A stretch of 64,000 bases of DNA, taken from Sphaerodactylus townsendi. Lineage: Eukaryota. The position numbers and the translations under genes are program-made. The DNA is taken from the NCBI RefSeq assembly GCF_021028975.2, contig NC_059431.1, forward strand, positions 46,934,001-46,998,000, in the 5' to 3' direction. This document shows positions 51,991-64,000 of this stretch, in pieces; the stretch's first letter is position 1, and every line of letters begins with the position of its first letter. The notes under the pieces were generated by a model. It saw nothing but the letters and a program-made list of their open reading frames with translations, had not been told where the DNA came from and ran no database searches.

Positions 51991-53123
51991 CAGAGCATAG
52001 TAATATATACTAAGTGGGAAATATTAATATCTATCTTCTGGATCAGTGGAGGTGAAAATGTTAGTTAAGTTTGTGAATTTAAGTATCTTATCTTCCTAAA
52101 ACTGTGAACTGTTGAGTCATTTGTTCTGTCTGTCCACTCTATACCTTTGTCAGAAAGGCAACTCACACATCATTGCTCTATGGACAGATTTAACTGAAAT
52201 GTTCACTGGGAGTTACTACTGGAGTTCCAAAGACTGGAAATTCTTCCACATGGGTTGGCTGCAGCAGTTCATCATTGTACCACATGCCTCCACACTGAAT
52301 GTGAGGATCAAAGATGCTTAGGTGGGTGCTGTCAACAATGACATGATTAGCTCACCATCTAGGCAAGATTAGCAGAGTGATGGTGATCAGTTTGATAGTC
52401 ATGGTCACCTACACTGAAAATACTTATTCTCAAATACAGCTTTAACTCCTCAATCACAAACTAAATTATCAAACCTGCCATTGCCAGTGAAGGTCCCATT
52501 TCTAAGGAATGTGGAGTCTCATTTACTGAAGTAGAACTGGTATGCCTACTCTAGACTAGGAACACTTTGAAACAGGGGAAATTGGGAGATTACAGAAGCT
52601 TTAGGAGACAATCAACAACATGATGTAGGTAAAAGCATATAAAAACACATTTAAAACACACATAAGCACCTTTCCTAACTGCAAATAATGTATTTCAGCC
52701 TTTTTGCACAGCTCTAGTCTGTATTTTCTTGGCTGCCAAGGCAAACTGTGCCATTCTATAACACTGGCCAAGTTAAGGAGAAGGAAAATTGATTTCTTTT
52801 CTGTAGAAGAAGATCTGTTAAGATCTCAAAGAGAAATTTATTTCTGGGCTACGTGTAGAAGAGCATAATAGAATATAGTATGAACTCCCAAACAGCTGTT
52901 AAGCTGTTTCAGATGCCTCTACAGTCAGGTCTACTATTTGCTATTTTATGCCATATGACATTTTCTGGAAACTGAATGGATAAAAGTTATGCCCATTTGA
53001 CAAGCAGTCCATTTGAAGGCTAGTTGTCTCAGCTAAACACTGGTGAGCTTAATGCTAAGAGTAACTGATTTTAGAAAACTCATTACATGCTTCATGCTAA
53101 AACAATAGTTTAAACATGTTCAC

Positions 53124-53196
53124 CTTTGCATTTTTTGGTGTATACCGAGGTACCAGTTGAGACAGAAGGGACCACAAGCCAGGATCATCTGGGTTG
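53124..53196 (-). CDS. SKIC3: SKIC3 exon
   Basis: CAG / GTGAAC; NPDDPGLWSLLSQLVPRYTPKNAK; 73 nt. Confidence 0.92.
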
Positions 53197-53539
53197 CTGG
53201 AGGAGAGAACATAGCTTTGCTGAAGGGAATATTTTCTACAATCATAGGGTCCTCATGTACACTGAAATCATCTCACTTGCTCATTAAATAGGTGCTTCTA
53301 GGCTAGATCCTTCTAACACCTTGGCAGTTCTTTTAAAATAGAACGGAACATTTTTCATACCTAGTGATTTAAGAACTGCGGACATGCTTAGATGCAAGAA
53401 CTGGTTATTAGACCAGCTTATAACAGAATTAAAGAGTTCAAATCTCAGAAACTGTGGAAGAGTAGTACTTTTTTATTAAGACCAACCACAACATAGAATA
53501 GCAAGCAAACTTTTGGGGTCTCTAAATATTCCTATCTTG

Positions 53540-53802
53540 GGGTGCTGTGTCGTTTCCAGGCTGTATGGCCGTGTTCTAGCAGCATTCTCTCCTGACATTT
53601 TGCCTGCATCTGTGGCTGGCATCTTCAGAGGATCTGAAGATGCCAGCCACATCCTCTGCCAGTCAGATCCAGTCAGATTCTCTAAAGATGCCAGCCACAG
53701 ACGCAGGCAAAACGTCAGGAGAGAATGCTGCTAGAACACGGCCATACAGCCCAGAAACCACACAGCACCCCAGTGATTCCAGCCATGAAAGCCTTCGACA
53801 AT
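53540..53802. mobile_element. Palindromic Penelope-derived insertion with inverted hammerhead motifs
   Basis: Long inverted arms; 14-bp direct flank ATATTCCTATCTTG (53526-53539, 53803-53816); motifs at 53591..53631 (-) and 53679..53719 (+). Confidence 0.8.
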
Positions 53803-54220
53803 ATATTCCTATCTTGATCTGTAGTATGCCCTGTACTACGATGAATTCCTTTGGGCCCTGATGGCACTGGGCAAGTTGAGAGTATGAGTGGGAGGCAGAC
53901 TGCTGGTCAGCCAGCTGTTCTTTTGTCCTGAGATGTGTGGTATGAATTGGAGGCTGTTCATTGAACCTCAGCAGCATAGAGTGATGGAAAAAGTTGGCTT
54001 AGCTTAAAACAGCCCAGTTGAGTCTTTTTAATGGATAAAAAGATTCCTTCCAAAGCAGAGTCTGGAGCTGCAGCTCCTCTAAGGCTGCCTGGTTCATTTG
54101 GTGCAATGGGAGCAGGTGTCCAATTTATGGATTTCTCCTAAACACAGCAGAGGTTGTGCCCATTAGAAACTGATGGCTTCATTCTATAGTTTCAGAACTT
54201 TTTAAAAAAAGACTGCCTAT

Positions 54221-54372
54221 CAGAGGCATAGCTCTGCGGGGGGGGGGGGCAATGTGCCAGGTGTATGCCCTTGTGGGGGTGTGGCAAGGATGTTCCGGGG
54301 CGGAGGCATTCTGGGGCGAGAGTGCAGGATGCACTGGTGCACCGGGCGCTTCCCCCCCTTGCTACGCCTCTG
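54221..54372. mobile_element. hAT-type MITE
   Basis: TIR CAGAGGCATAGC / GCTACGCCTCTG; 8-bp TSD CTGCCTAT/CTGCTTAT. Confidence 0.8.
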
Positions 54373-54734
54373 CTGCTTATCCATGACCTTTCCAAAAAGA
54401 GAAAGGGGTGGGGTGATTATACATGCTTGTTTTTAGGACAAGAATAAAGTCTAAGACAGAGACTTTCCTTTTACTAAGAAAGGGAGACATCAGTGACATC
54501 TGTACACTACCAAAAGAAAAAGCTTCACTTTTAAACACAGTTCATACAAAAAGCTGTGCAAATATCGAACTCTCAGTTCAACTCAGATATGGTCTTGGGC
54601 AAGTAATCTCTTAGCTTAACCAGAGTCTTGTAACGCCAAATCCGCTTCATGACTTACTTACTTTTGGGAAACATAGCATACAAATATAACAAATACTGTT
54701 AATTCCATTTGTTCAAAAACCTCAAATCATGTAC

Positions 54735-54956
54735 CTGTGAACAGCTTTGGAGATTTGTCTCTGGACTGCTACATTTCTTCCTTGTAGTGCAAACACAGCA
54801 GATGTAAGAAAGCACTTCTCATAAACATTATTTTTCCTTTCTCTGTGCTTTAGTAATTCTTTAAGTGCTGCTGTTGCAAGTGTAGCATCCTGCTTTATCA
54901 GCCCTAAAGTGCACAGAGCTTGCAGACTTTCCATATTCGGTTCCTGTAATAAAGAA
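54735..54956 (-). CDS. SKIC3: SKIC3 exon
   Basis: CAG / GTACAT; [37 protein letters not shown]...[19 protein letters not shown]; 222 nt. Confidence 0.95.
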
Positions 54957-55149
54957 CTGTAAGTGCAACACAATTATCCTAACGTACAATTCAAAGTTTT
55001 TTCTTATTTACTTGGCAGAGCATTTACAACATGAAGCAGTTCTGATATCTAAAGATTTAATAGTGCTTCAGGGACAGTTGTGCTTCTTAAAACATCACCT
55101 CACGTTTCATCTCCAACAGGAAACTAACCTGTCCCCCCATGAAGATGAA

Positions 55150-55527
55150 TACCCTGTTTCCCCGTGGTGGCGAACCTATAGCACTCCAGATGTTCATGAA
55201 CTACAATTCCCATCAGCCCCTGCCAGCATGGCCAATTGGCTGTGCTGGAAGGGGCTGATGGGAATTGTAGTCCATGAACATCTGGAGTGCCATAGGTTTG
55301 TCACCACAGGCCTAGAATGATTTTTGGGGGTTTTTGGAGGATGCTTGAAATATAAACCCTACTCCAAAAATAAGCCCTAGTTACAGATTCCCCAGCGCAG
55401 CTGATCTGGTCACGTGGGGGGTGCAAAATCATGGAAAAAATAAGACATCCTCTGAAAATAAGCCCTAACGCATCTTTTGGTGCAAAAATTAATATAAGAC
55501 CCTGTCTCATTTTCGGGAAAACACAGT
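55150..55527. mobile_element. Tc1/pogo-like MITE interrupted by a palindromic hAT MITE (~55162..55310)
   Basis: Termini TACCCTGTTTCCC / TTTTCGGGAAAACACAG with AAAATAAGAC repeats; the inner element is homologous to 50566..50713. Confidence 0.6.
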
Positions 55528-55754
55528 TGCAGCTCCCATCATACCCTAAACTGAGAAAATATACATTTGACCGATGAGGGCCTTAAAATATTAAAACTAC
55601 CATTCTGGAAATATGGTAGAATCCACCCCCTTAACAATTCAATTTATTTTATATGCTGCTGGTCAGTACATGGAGAGCCCAAAGTTCTTCAGTTCTTCCA
55701 CTTCAACGAGAACTAGGTAGTGGAAAATTACTTTAACTGAAACATATTTACTAT

Positions 55755-55895
55755 GGCTCATTCCGCACATGCAGAATAATGCACTTTCAAACTGCTTTCA
55801 GTGCTCTTTGAAGCTGTGCGGAATGGCAAAATCCACTTGCAAACAGTTGTGAAAGTGGTTTGAAAACGCATTATTTTGCGTGTGCGGAAGGGGCC
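55755..55895. mobile_element. 141-bp Harbinger-type MITE, copy 3
   Basis: Near-identical to 20808 and 21088; 3-bp TSD TAT. Confidence 0.87.
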
Positions 55896-56519
55896 TATGC
55901 TTCAGTGCAATAAAGGCATCTGACCATCTCCAGAAAGAGATATTTCTGGACTGGCCACTAGATTCACTTTGGGATCAATTTTTCAAACAAATCTTTACAT
56001 TAAAATACTTCACAGCTGGAAAAATAGCATTAGTTATATTACCTAGGGTATTTCCCTGTGGTTCACCAAAACTTTTAAGGTTAATATCACAATATTAGAC
56101 AACTATTCCTCAGAAAGAAGAAACTCACACAACAAAAAGCTTGGACTCTGGACTATTTCCTCACTTCCAGCTAAACAGGTGGTTTAATTATTTTAATATT
56201 AGATGGAAATTAAATCTTTCCCCCCGGCCAATTAGTTGGAGCAATATATTACTCAGCTTTTGGAATAGCCCATATGAACATGATGCTTTTGTTATAGTGA
56301 CATAGTTTCAAAGCAGTTTATCACCATTCTTGTAAAACAAGTGACTAATATTGCGTAGGATGTGCTTACTGTTCCAATTGATGGTTAAAATAGGAACAGT
56401 GCAGACATGATTAACAGTCACATTTTCCTATATCAGGTTATCAATTTCTCAGGGATTGAAGAAAAGTTGAGTAATAATTTAGGAAACTTGTAACCTACAA
56501 GGTAGTAAACAAACACAAA

Positions 56520-58410
56520 GCCTTTATTGGCATCATACAATGAAACATTTTACAACCAGTATAACATAAATACAGCTCAAATAACCATCATTTAATATAA
56601 AAATCCCCCTTAACAGAAGTACCAATGATATCCTACAAAAACTTGGCAACTAATTCAGAAAAATCCTGATTTGAACCATCCAGGAAATGCTTCATCCTTT
56701 GATCATCTGTCATATCCACGTTAAAAGATGTAAACAATACTCAATGCTTATACCTTAAGTATTCCGTATTTGGGCAGTGAAACATGATATGATCTAATGT
56801 TTCTACTTGTGTGCTATTGCAAGGGCATAATCCAGTGATTCCCAATCAGGGTTCCGTGGTACCCTGGGGTGCCGTGAGCATGTCTCAGGGGTACCACCAC
56901 TACACTACCAGCCTCCCTCACTTTTGCGGTGTCTATCAGCAAGGACATGGAGATGGCCCAGGGGGCAGGACCTGCTGCAAGGTCAGCAGCCACTTCCCGC
57001 CCCACAGTGCTTCCCTTCCCTTGGAGGAGAAGGTGGGGGGTGGTGGATGGGGGGTAGCAAAGCTGGGGCACTGGGAGGGGAAGGTGGGGGGATGGCAGGG
57101 GTACCGTGAGATATGAAGAGTGAGGTCAAGGGTACAGTGATGTCGAAAATGTTGGGAAACACTGGTATAATCTTTCGGTCTTTTTTTGGAACTGACCCTC
57201 GAGTAAAGCAGAAGGCAAAATATTGAATCTTTCTAAAGAAAATGCACGTCTTAATCTAAAGTTAGTCATGTAAAGTAAATAATAAGACATACAACCCTTT
57301 GCTTCAACTAGTGATTGATTTAGAGGTGAGTTGAATTTGTTGAATTTGCTGCTATTAAAGATCTTTCATAATCCCATTCAAGGAATTTTTCTTTTGACAG
57401 TTTTTTTGCCTCTAGATAAGATAACATTGATATTTCATCCATAGATATGCCAATTTCTGTAATCTTATCAACCATTTTCTCATGCCATTTTGAGGTGTTA
57501 AGTTCAGAGAGCAGTAAGTATGTAAAACTGCCTGGCTTGGAATGGTGGTGGAATTTTAACCAGTATGTAATTCAAGCTGAAATAGTTAGGGAACATAGGC
57601 CTAGTTCAATACGTAAGGCTGCATAAAACACGCAGTTGGGAAAACCCATAATCCTATGCAAAAATTTAGAATGTAAAGTATTTAGACTGGTGTTTTGAGC
57701 TAGGGAAAGGACTGGGGAGCCATAGAGTAGCTGCGGAACTGCTTTGGCATTGAATGATTACTGCTGGAATGTACTGATGTCTTCTAGCATAAAAACATTC
57801 ACTAAAGCATTTACAGTTGGGGTAGCTTTTACTGATGCCATTTTAACATGGGATGACCAAGAAAGATTATAAAATACCTAAGTATTTGTATTTCTTGACT
57901 TGTTCAATTTCTTTTGCCGCTACTTTCCAGGATTGTTTTTTCCATGATCTAGCAAACACCATAACTTTCAAATTATCAAAGTTAAGTTCCAACTTATTTG
58001 ATTTACAGTAGCTATAGCATCTGTCCATTGAATGTAACAGGCCTACCCTAGTGTGTGACATTATGATAGTATCACCTGCATAAAGCAGCACTGATAAATG
58101 TCTATTTCCTAGTTTAGGGCTGTGTTCCTCAATATCCTTGAGTTCCAATGGTAAATCCCTTAAGTATATATTAAACAAGGTCGGGGCAATTATACATCCT
58201 TGTTTCACGCTTTTATTGCTTAAGATGCTATTGGTTAATGCCTCCTTTTGAGTGCATTTTACTCAGCAAGAGGTGTTAGTGTGTAGTTGCCTGATTAAAA
58301 AAAGGAGTCTGGGGTCTATGTTCATATCCTCCATTTTCTTCCATAACAAGTCTCCAGAGAGTGAATCAAAGGCTTTTTTAAAGTCTAAAAAAGTGATAAA
58401 AGCTTGCCCA
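56520..58410 (-). mobile_element. Decayed non-LTR retrotransposon (RTE-X-like) RT and C-terminus
   Basis: FLDFKKAFDS...LWKK; KQGCIIAPTLFNIYL; LLYAGD (decayed YADD); KYKYLGI; C-terminal ETLDHIMFHCPKY; multiple frameshifts. The clade assignment is inferred. Confidence 0.8.
56833..57164. mobile_element. hAT MITE nested in the LINE
   Basis: TIR CAGTGATTCCCAA / TTGGGAAACACTG; TSD GCATAATC/GTATAATC. Confidence 0.82.
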
Positions 58411-58667
58411 AGTGTTGTTTTAACTGTTTTTGGGATCTTAACCACTATGCACTGCTGCTCATGGATTCCCCAGAACAACAGGGAGACCCACATCAATTAA
58501 AACTGCAACAGGGCATCTTAGAAAATCAATCATTTGCATGTCCTTGAAGTGTACAGAATGTTTTTAAAGAATTAAAAAGATTTTGACATGTAGCTAACTG
58601 AACAGAGAATAATATCATTCAAAGTACTTTAATCACTGAGTTGGATAAACAGTTAACAATTACATAC

Positions 58668-58791
58668 CACTTAAACAAGAGGCTCTTTGCAGCATCCACC
58701 TGATTCTGCTTGTATTCCATTATTGCAAGAGCTGTCATGATATATGCTTTATCTTGCTCACAGTCAGCAAGAGAGAGCGCTCTTTCATAAG
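58668..58791 (-). CDS. SKIC3: SKIC3 exon
   Basis: CAG / GTATGT; [42 protein letters not shown]; 124 nt. Confidence 0.95.
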
Positions 58792-59088
58792 CTGGTAAGA
58801 AAAGAACAAGAAATAAGCCTTCCTGGCCAAATATTACTGTTCTGGTATTGCAAGTTTCAGTCTCTCTTACTTGAATGAATGGACATGGGACTGAGCTGCA
58901 GCACACGCGTTTGAAGCAGAAAGTTAAAGCAAAATAAAGTACTACCAACAACTCATATGTTTTAATTGTTGCATTTTGTATGAACACTTGCTGAAGTCAG
59001 TCCATAATTAATGTATTTTGATTAGGTCTGCAGAGAAAACCTAGTTACTGTGGCAGCAAATTCATACACATCCTTCTGAAACGCTTAC

Positions 59089-59213
59089 CTTTTCGACTTT
59101 CTGGGAAGAGGCCTTTTTTGAAGTACGCTTGAGCAATTCCTACAATATCATCAAACTCTGTGAGAACAGTTGACAAATAGGCCTGAATGGCATCATCATA
59201 GTGGCCTAGAGCA
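59089..59213 (-). CDS. SKIC3: SKIC3 exon
   Basis: AAG / GTAAGC; ALGHYDDAIQAYLSTVLTEFDDIVGIAQAYFKKGLFPESRK; 125 nt. Confidence 0.9.
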
Positions 59214-60331
59214 CTTGCAAGAGGAAAGAATAAAACCCAATGAAAGTGTATGCCAATAAAGGCTTTTGAATCGAATCGAAAAAACCCCCAATGAAAACGT
59301 CTATTTAATTCAACTTGACGCACATTTCAAATCGCAGAATAAGTTCCTAATTACATAATGCAACTTTCAAAGAATTATGTGAATCCCAGCCCCATAAATA
59401 AATGATAATTTTGCCATTGTTTTCAATAAGCACTATGTGGCACCAGCTAACTTTTCCATGATCCAATAGTTCATTTGAAGAAAAACTACCATGGAAAAAG
59501 CATGATTTTATTCAACATACGCAATTTATCTCCACAAATATAGTGAAATGTGGTTCACCAATGCAATTTTAGAAACTGACTTAGACTACAGGTCAGCAAA
59601 GTTTTCTCTTCCCAAACACCCTGGACAGCAGATTGGACTGAGAGTGGTCCAAAAAACACCCAGTGAGTTTAATAGTCAAGTGGAGATTTAAACCCAGGTC
59701 TCCCTAATCATAGCCCAATACTAACCTTGACACCAACATAGCTCAACAGTTTCATTATACGGACTACGTTAGACTTCAGTTTTTCAGTTACTCTGAAGTA
59801 TAATTTAAGATGCTGACTTTGATTTTGAAAACCTTGTACTATTTGGGATGGTTAATTTAGGGACTGCTCTAAACTTTCAAGTTTATTTCAAAAACAAGTG
59901 ATTTTTTTATAAGTATTAATCATCTAGGAGATATTAAAGACACAGTCCACTAATATAATACACATTGAACTAAGGTTTAAAAAATGTAGTTACCGATCAA
60001 CTCACATCTACATCATGGTCACAGTTGCCATTCAACAATTTAAATTCTGCACACAGGGTGAGATTCCAAAGAAGCCCATTAGTGCTTTCAATGTAGCTGT
60101 TCAACTATGTGTGGTATCACAGATAAAAGTAATGGACCAGGACTGGAAAGGCACAGGTTCAAATCCCTCCTTGCACTCTCTTCCCTACCCCATACAAATG
60201 TTACTTGGCAAACGGCTTCTGAAACTGAACTGGCAAAGCTGGTTTGTATTACAGGAAAAGGGTGTCAAAAGAAAATGTCCCAGTGTGTTGCCTAAGCCCG
60301 CAGGCATACCTCAAATAGTTTTGGGTTTGTT

Positions 60332-60570
60332 GTAGGGTTTCCAGGTTGTATGGCCGTAGTTCCAAAAGTCTTTTCTCCTGACGTTTTGCCTGCATCTGTG
60401 GCTGGCATCTTCAGAGGATCTAGTGGCAGGATCTAGTGACTGCCACAAGATCCTCTGAAGATGCCAGCCACAGATGCAGGAAATGTCTGGAGAAAAGACG
60501 AACACGGCCATACAACCCAGAAAACTCACAACATTCTAGTGATTCCAGCTGAAAAAGCCTTCTACAGTAC
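60332..60570. mobile_element. Palindromic Penelope-derived insertion with inverted hammerhead motifs
   Basis: 17-bp direct flank ATAGTTTTGGGTTTGTT (60315-60331, 60571-60587); motifs at 60377..60417 (-) and 60452..60490 (+). Confidence 0.8.
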
Positions 60571-60900
60571 ATAGTTTTGGGTTTGTTTGCTTTTAAAAAC
60601 TTGGCTATTAATTCCATAATAGATTTCAAACATTTATACCACAGATGAAACAGTACAATAATTTCTTAAAGCAAGAAGTATTTGCAATTCTTTACAGTGA
60701 GACAATTCATTGTATAGTAGGAAAAGGCAGAAAAATACCACCAATTTATTTTAAATTTTTATTTTTAAATTAATGCCAATTGAGCACTTCTGTTGCAAAT
60801 TTAGTGGAAGTGTAAGAAGAAAACATTTTCTAGAAAGTGATATAGCACATAACATTTTAAATAAAGATTAAAGTGACACACCTTAAAAACAAGCACTTAC

Positions 60901-60978
60901 CACTGTGATCTACCATAATTTCTCATTGCCATATTGTACTTATCCTTATCTTCAGAATTCTTCAGTAACATAACTGCT
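60901..60978 (-). CDS. SKIC3: SKIC3 exon
   Basis: CAG / GTAAGT; AVMLLKNSEDKDKYNMAMRNYGRSQC; 78 nt. Confidence 0.92.
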
Positions 60979-61244
60979 CTGAAAAGGGGAACACAAGAAA
61001 TAAAAACTGTAACAGCTTGATGGCCATTTCCACTCTGTAAAATGTGTTTACACACATTTCTTTGTAAACTGGTCATCCCAGTTAAAAGCACTAGAAGTTG
61101 TTTTATATTTGAAGTGGGAGAGGACAAAAGAAGACCAGCATTGTGTGGTGCTTAAAGTGTCTGACTAGGATCTGGGACACCCAGGTTCAGCTTCCCGCTC
61201 TGCTGCTGGGCCTTGGGCCAGTCTTACCCTCTCAGCCTTGACCC

Positions 61245-61540
61245 TGGCACGTATTTGGATGGGAGACCTCAAAGGAATACCAAGAATGTGATGCAGAGGC
61301 AGGCAATAGCAAACCACCTCTGAATGTCTCTTTCCTTGAAAGCCCTACAGCAGTGGTTCTCAACCTTCCTAATGCCGCGACCCTTTAATACAGTTCCTCA
61401 TGTTGTGGTGACCCCCAACCCTAACATTTATCCATTTTACAGATGGAGAACACTGATGCAGAGAGTCTTAGGCGACATCCAGGTTGAGAACCACTGCCCT
61501 ACAGGGTTGCCACATCAGCTGTGACTTGGTGGCGAAAAAA
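61245..61540 (+). mobile_element. 5S-derived SINE adjoining a tRNA-SINE head (61136..61240), interrupted by a SPIN MITE
   Basis: GTATTTGGATGGGAGACC C-box; the body is homologous to the 33995 copy and resumes after 61496. Confidence 0.65.
61351..61496. mobile_element. SPIN (Space Invader)/URR1-type hAT MITE
   Basis: TIR CAGTGGTTCTCAACCT / AGGTTGAGAACCACTG; TSD CCCTACAG on both sides; CCTAATGCCGCGACCCTTTAATACAGTTCCTCATGTTGTGGTGACCCCCAACC matches the SPIN/URR1 end as recalled. Confidence 0.8.
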
Positions 61541-61838
61541 GGGACAAATACAATTATGCCACATTTTCTCAGTGTCTGACAAAGCTTTCTCTGACTGAAG
61601 CCATTTCTAGTCTGATTCTTCAGCGTTTGCTGTTAGCATGTCAATACTTCAGTAGACTTTTGAAGATTATTCTGCTGCGATCATTTTAGCAGGCTGCACT
61701 CTACCAGGTCAAAATAGCAAAAAGATATTTTAAACTAATGTAGATTGCTTGCCATGTGCATGCGGTACTAGTGGATATAACCAGATAAATATTTAGAATG
61801 GGATTAGGTTTCTTTGTCAGCTGTTTAACCTCGATTAC

Positions 61839-61932
61839 CTTTGATATGCATCTGCAGCCTGTTTTTTCAGTTGGAGATATTCATTTAAATAACCAAGCAT
61901 TGTGAAGGCACATGCATCATTCTGGATTCTTT
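61839..61932 (-). CDS. SKIC3: SKIC3/TTC37 internal exon (most 5' one in window)
   Basis: TAG acceptor / GTAATC donor; [32 protein letters not shown] matches the TTC37 TPR region; 94 nt. Confidence 0.92.
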
Positions 61933-62309
61933 CTACAAGAAAAGGGACCACACATAAACAGAAAAATTTGTTAGATTAAGCAAGGTAAAGAAAGCTGAAT
62001 TCTAGCTCTACAAGTGTATGCTGGGTTACCGCTTATGGGTATTAGTGGCGTATTTTGTATCAGCTGCAATTGTTCCCGTATCTCAAATTATTGTGAAGCA
62101 TAACATTTAACCACAAGAAATGCAGTGTTGTCAACTGAATCATGAGGATTTCAAGAGTAGGCCTTTGAACCTTCCAGTGAATGTCACCCTCATACTACAC
62201 TCTATAGAGTGAGAATGCCACTCTACAGGGTATAAAGTGTGAGGGAGACATTTAAAATATCAATTTTGTACTTAACAGACACACTTGTCCAATAGTGGCC
62301 ACCATTATT

Positions 62310-62720
62310 TCAGACTGCAAGAACCCACTGGATCAGGCCACAAGTCCTCCTAACCTAGCACCACCTTTCGGTAGCTAGACACATCTAGCATGCCTATAAG
62401 TTAGGCATGAATGCAGCACACTGTCCTAGCATGTGACATTCAGAGGCATGCTGCCTGTGAACAGGGAGGGTCCAATAAATACTGCTGACAGATCTATCCC
62501 CCCATGAATTTGTCTAATTCTTTTAAAGCTTCCAAAGACAGCAGACGTAATTAAATTTTCTGGTTGTGAATAGTGAAAAGGTCCTGTGCATCTGTTCTGA
62601 ATTGATCAGTTGATCAATTTGATGGAATGATCTCAAATTTCAGTACTGGTATAGGAGAAAACGCATCTTCAGATGTAAACCTCTATCCCACGCCACTTAT
62701 AATTCTGAGAAGCAGAACTC
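62310..62720 (-). mobile_element. Old CR1 3' fragment
   Basis: CTGGATCAGGCC...CCATGAATTTGTCTAATTCTTTTAAAGC resembles the 19095 CR1 3' UTR. Confidence 0.5.
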
Positions 62721-63854
62721 TCCCATATTTTCACAAGAATGCAAATAAAACATACAGAACAGTTATTGAAAGTAACAGAAGTAGACTGAATAGTTGGAAG
62801 TCACCTGTGTATCTGGTCAGAGCAACTTGTGCTGCAACAATTGCATTCATCTGAAGAATATTGTACCTATATAATTCAGTGTTTCTGTTGGTTTTATCTT
62901 GTAGGGTGGAGCATACCCAGTGGGCATAGCCTTTTGCCCCTTCAGTCTAATTGGAAAGAAAAATATAGTCAGTCTGCAGAATTAGGAAACCCTAAATGTT
63001 TTAAACGCCAGTGTAAGAATGTAGTCCTCCAGCATGTTTACAGTACACTTGAACCAATTCTGCCTTTAGCTACACTTTAAAAACAAACAAAAAACCTTAT
63101 TTCCTACTTGCACAAAAAGTCTGTGGCAACAAAGGTTCCTGAAGAACAGATGAGGGTCAACTGCTAAATGAAAATGCTAGCATCTTGGTTAATTCCTATT
63201 TCGTTTCATCTAAATAGCTGCCTAGTCTGATCTAACTAATGACAGCAATTGTATTTTATAAGATCCATATAATTTACCTAATAAGATGATAATGAGAACA
63301 TGGGACTTTTGGGATTGCAGCTGAATGAGAGCGATGAGAACTTACATGCATGCTGAGTTCAGTGGTGTGTCTGAAGAGGTCCATGGTTTCATAGCTGCCT
63401 ATCTTTTCTGCAATGAGAGCCTATTAAAAAAGCAAAGCATAACAAGAAACCTCCTTGATTTGTAATATGACTTCCACTTAGCCGTTGCCTAGCTATTTCT
63501 CACTATTTAGACGCCATCAATTGTTAAGTTTAAATATGTCAAAGCTTAGTTTCAACCCCAATTAGTTTTACTGATACTCATAAACCCAATACTCAGAATT
63601 TGGATGAAGAACTGGCAAAGAGTTAGAATCATCACTACGCTGGGTGGCTCCCCAGGTTTTTTGCTCTGATGGGGCAAGAAGATTCCTTCGAGTAAGAGGA
63701 GTTAAAGGTCACTTTTGTTTGTTTGTGTATGGTACCATTAAGTCACAACCAACTTATGATGACAATGTAGGGTTTTCAAGGCAATTGGTATTAAAGGGGG
63801 TATTGCCTGCCTCTGCGTTGTATTGCCACTGGTAGTTGTATTGCCTGCCTCTGC

Positions 63855-63987
63855 ATGACTGAGAGCGTTCTAAGCGAACTGTGACTGGTCCATGGTCAGC
63901 CAGTAGGCTTCATGTGGAGGAGTGGGAAATTGAACCCAGTTCTCCAGATTAGAGCTGCCGCTCATAACCACTACATCATGCTGGCTT
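63855..63987 (-). mobile_element. tRNA-derived SINE head
   Basis: Minus strand reads AGCCAGCATGATGTAGTGGTTATGAG...CTCTAATCTGGAGAACTGGGTTCAATTTCCCACTCCTCC. Confidence 0.7.
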
Positions 63988-64000
63988 TCTAGGTTTCCTC

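Overview
Vertebrate genomic DNA, inferred to be a squamate and probably a gecko from its SINE/MITE repertoire. The draft assembly has two N gaps. Two intron-containing genes converge tail-to-tail, matching the human 5q15 arrangement as I recall it. FAM81B (+) has a complete CDS of 8 coding exons (2448..35166, 1125 nt, 374 aa). SKIC3/TTC37 (-) is represented by its last 15 coding exons (61932..39088; 1784 nt with consistent phases). The introns are a dense transposon landscape: CR1, L2 and RTE-X-like LINE fragments; tRNA- and 5S-derived SINEs; hAT MITEs with 8-bp TSDs (including a SPIN/URR1-type copy); Harbinger-type MITEs; and a probable Helitron. The most unusual items are: (1) short palindromic Penelope-derived insertions with long TSDs carrying two oppositely oriented minimal hammerhead-ribozyme motifs; (2) a ~1-kb miniature Gypsy/chromovirus element in which the Gag zinc knuckle abuts the integrase chromodomain and a junction duplication creates an ATG-initiated Gag ORF; (3) a hAT MITE carrying a 77-bp GC-rich hairpin array. 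Most ORFs in the supplied track are spurious. Family names come from motif recognition and recall; no database search was run.
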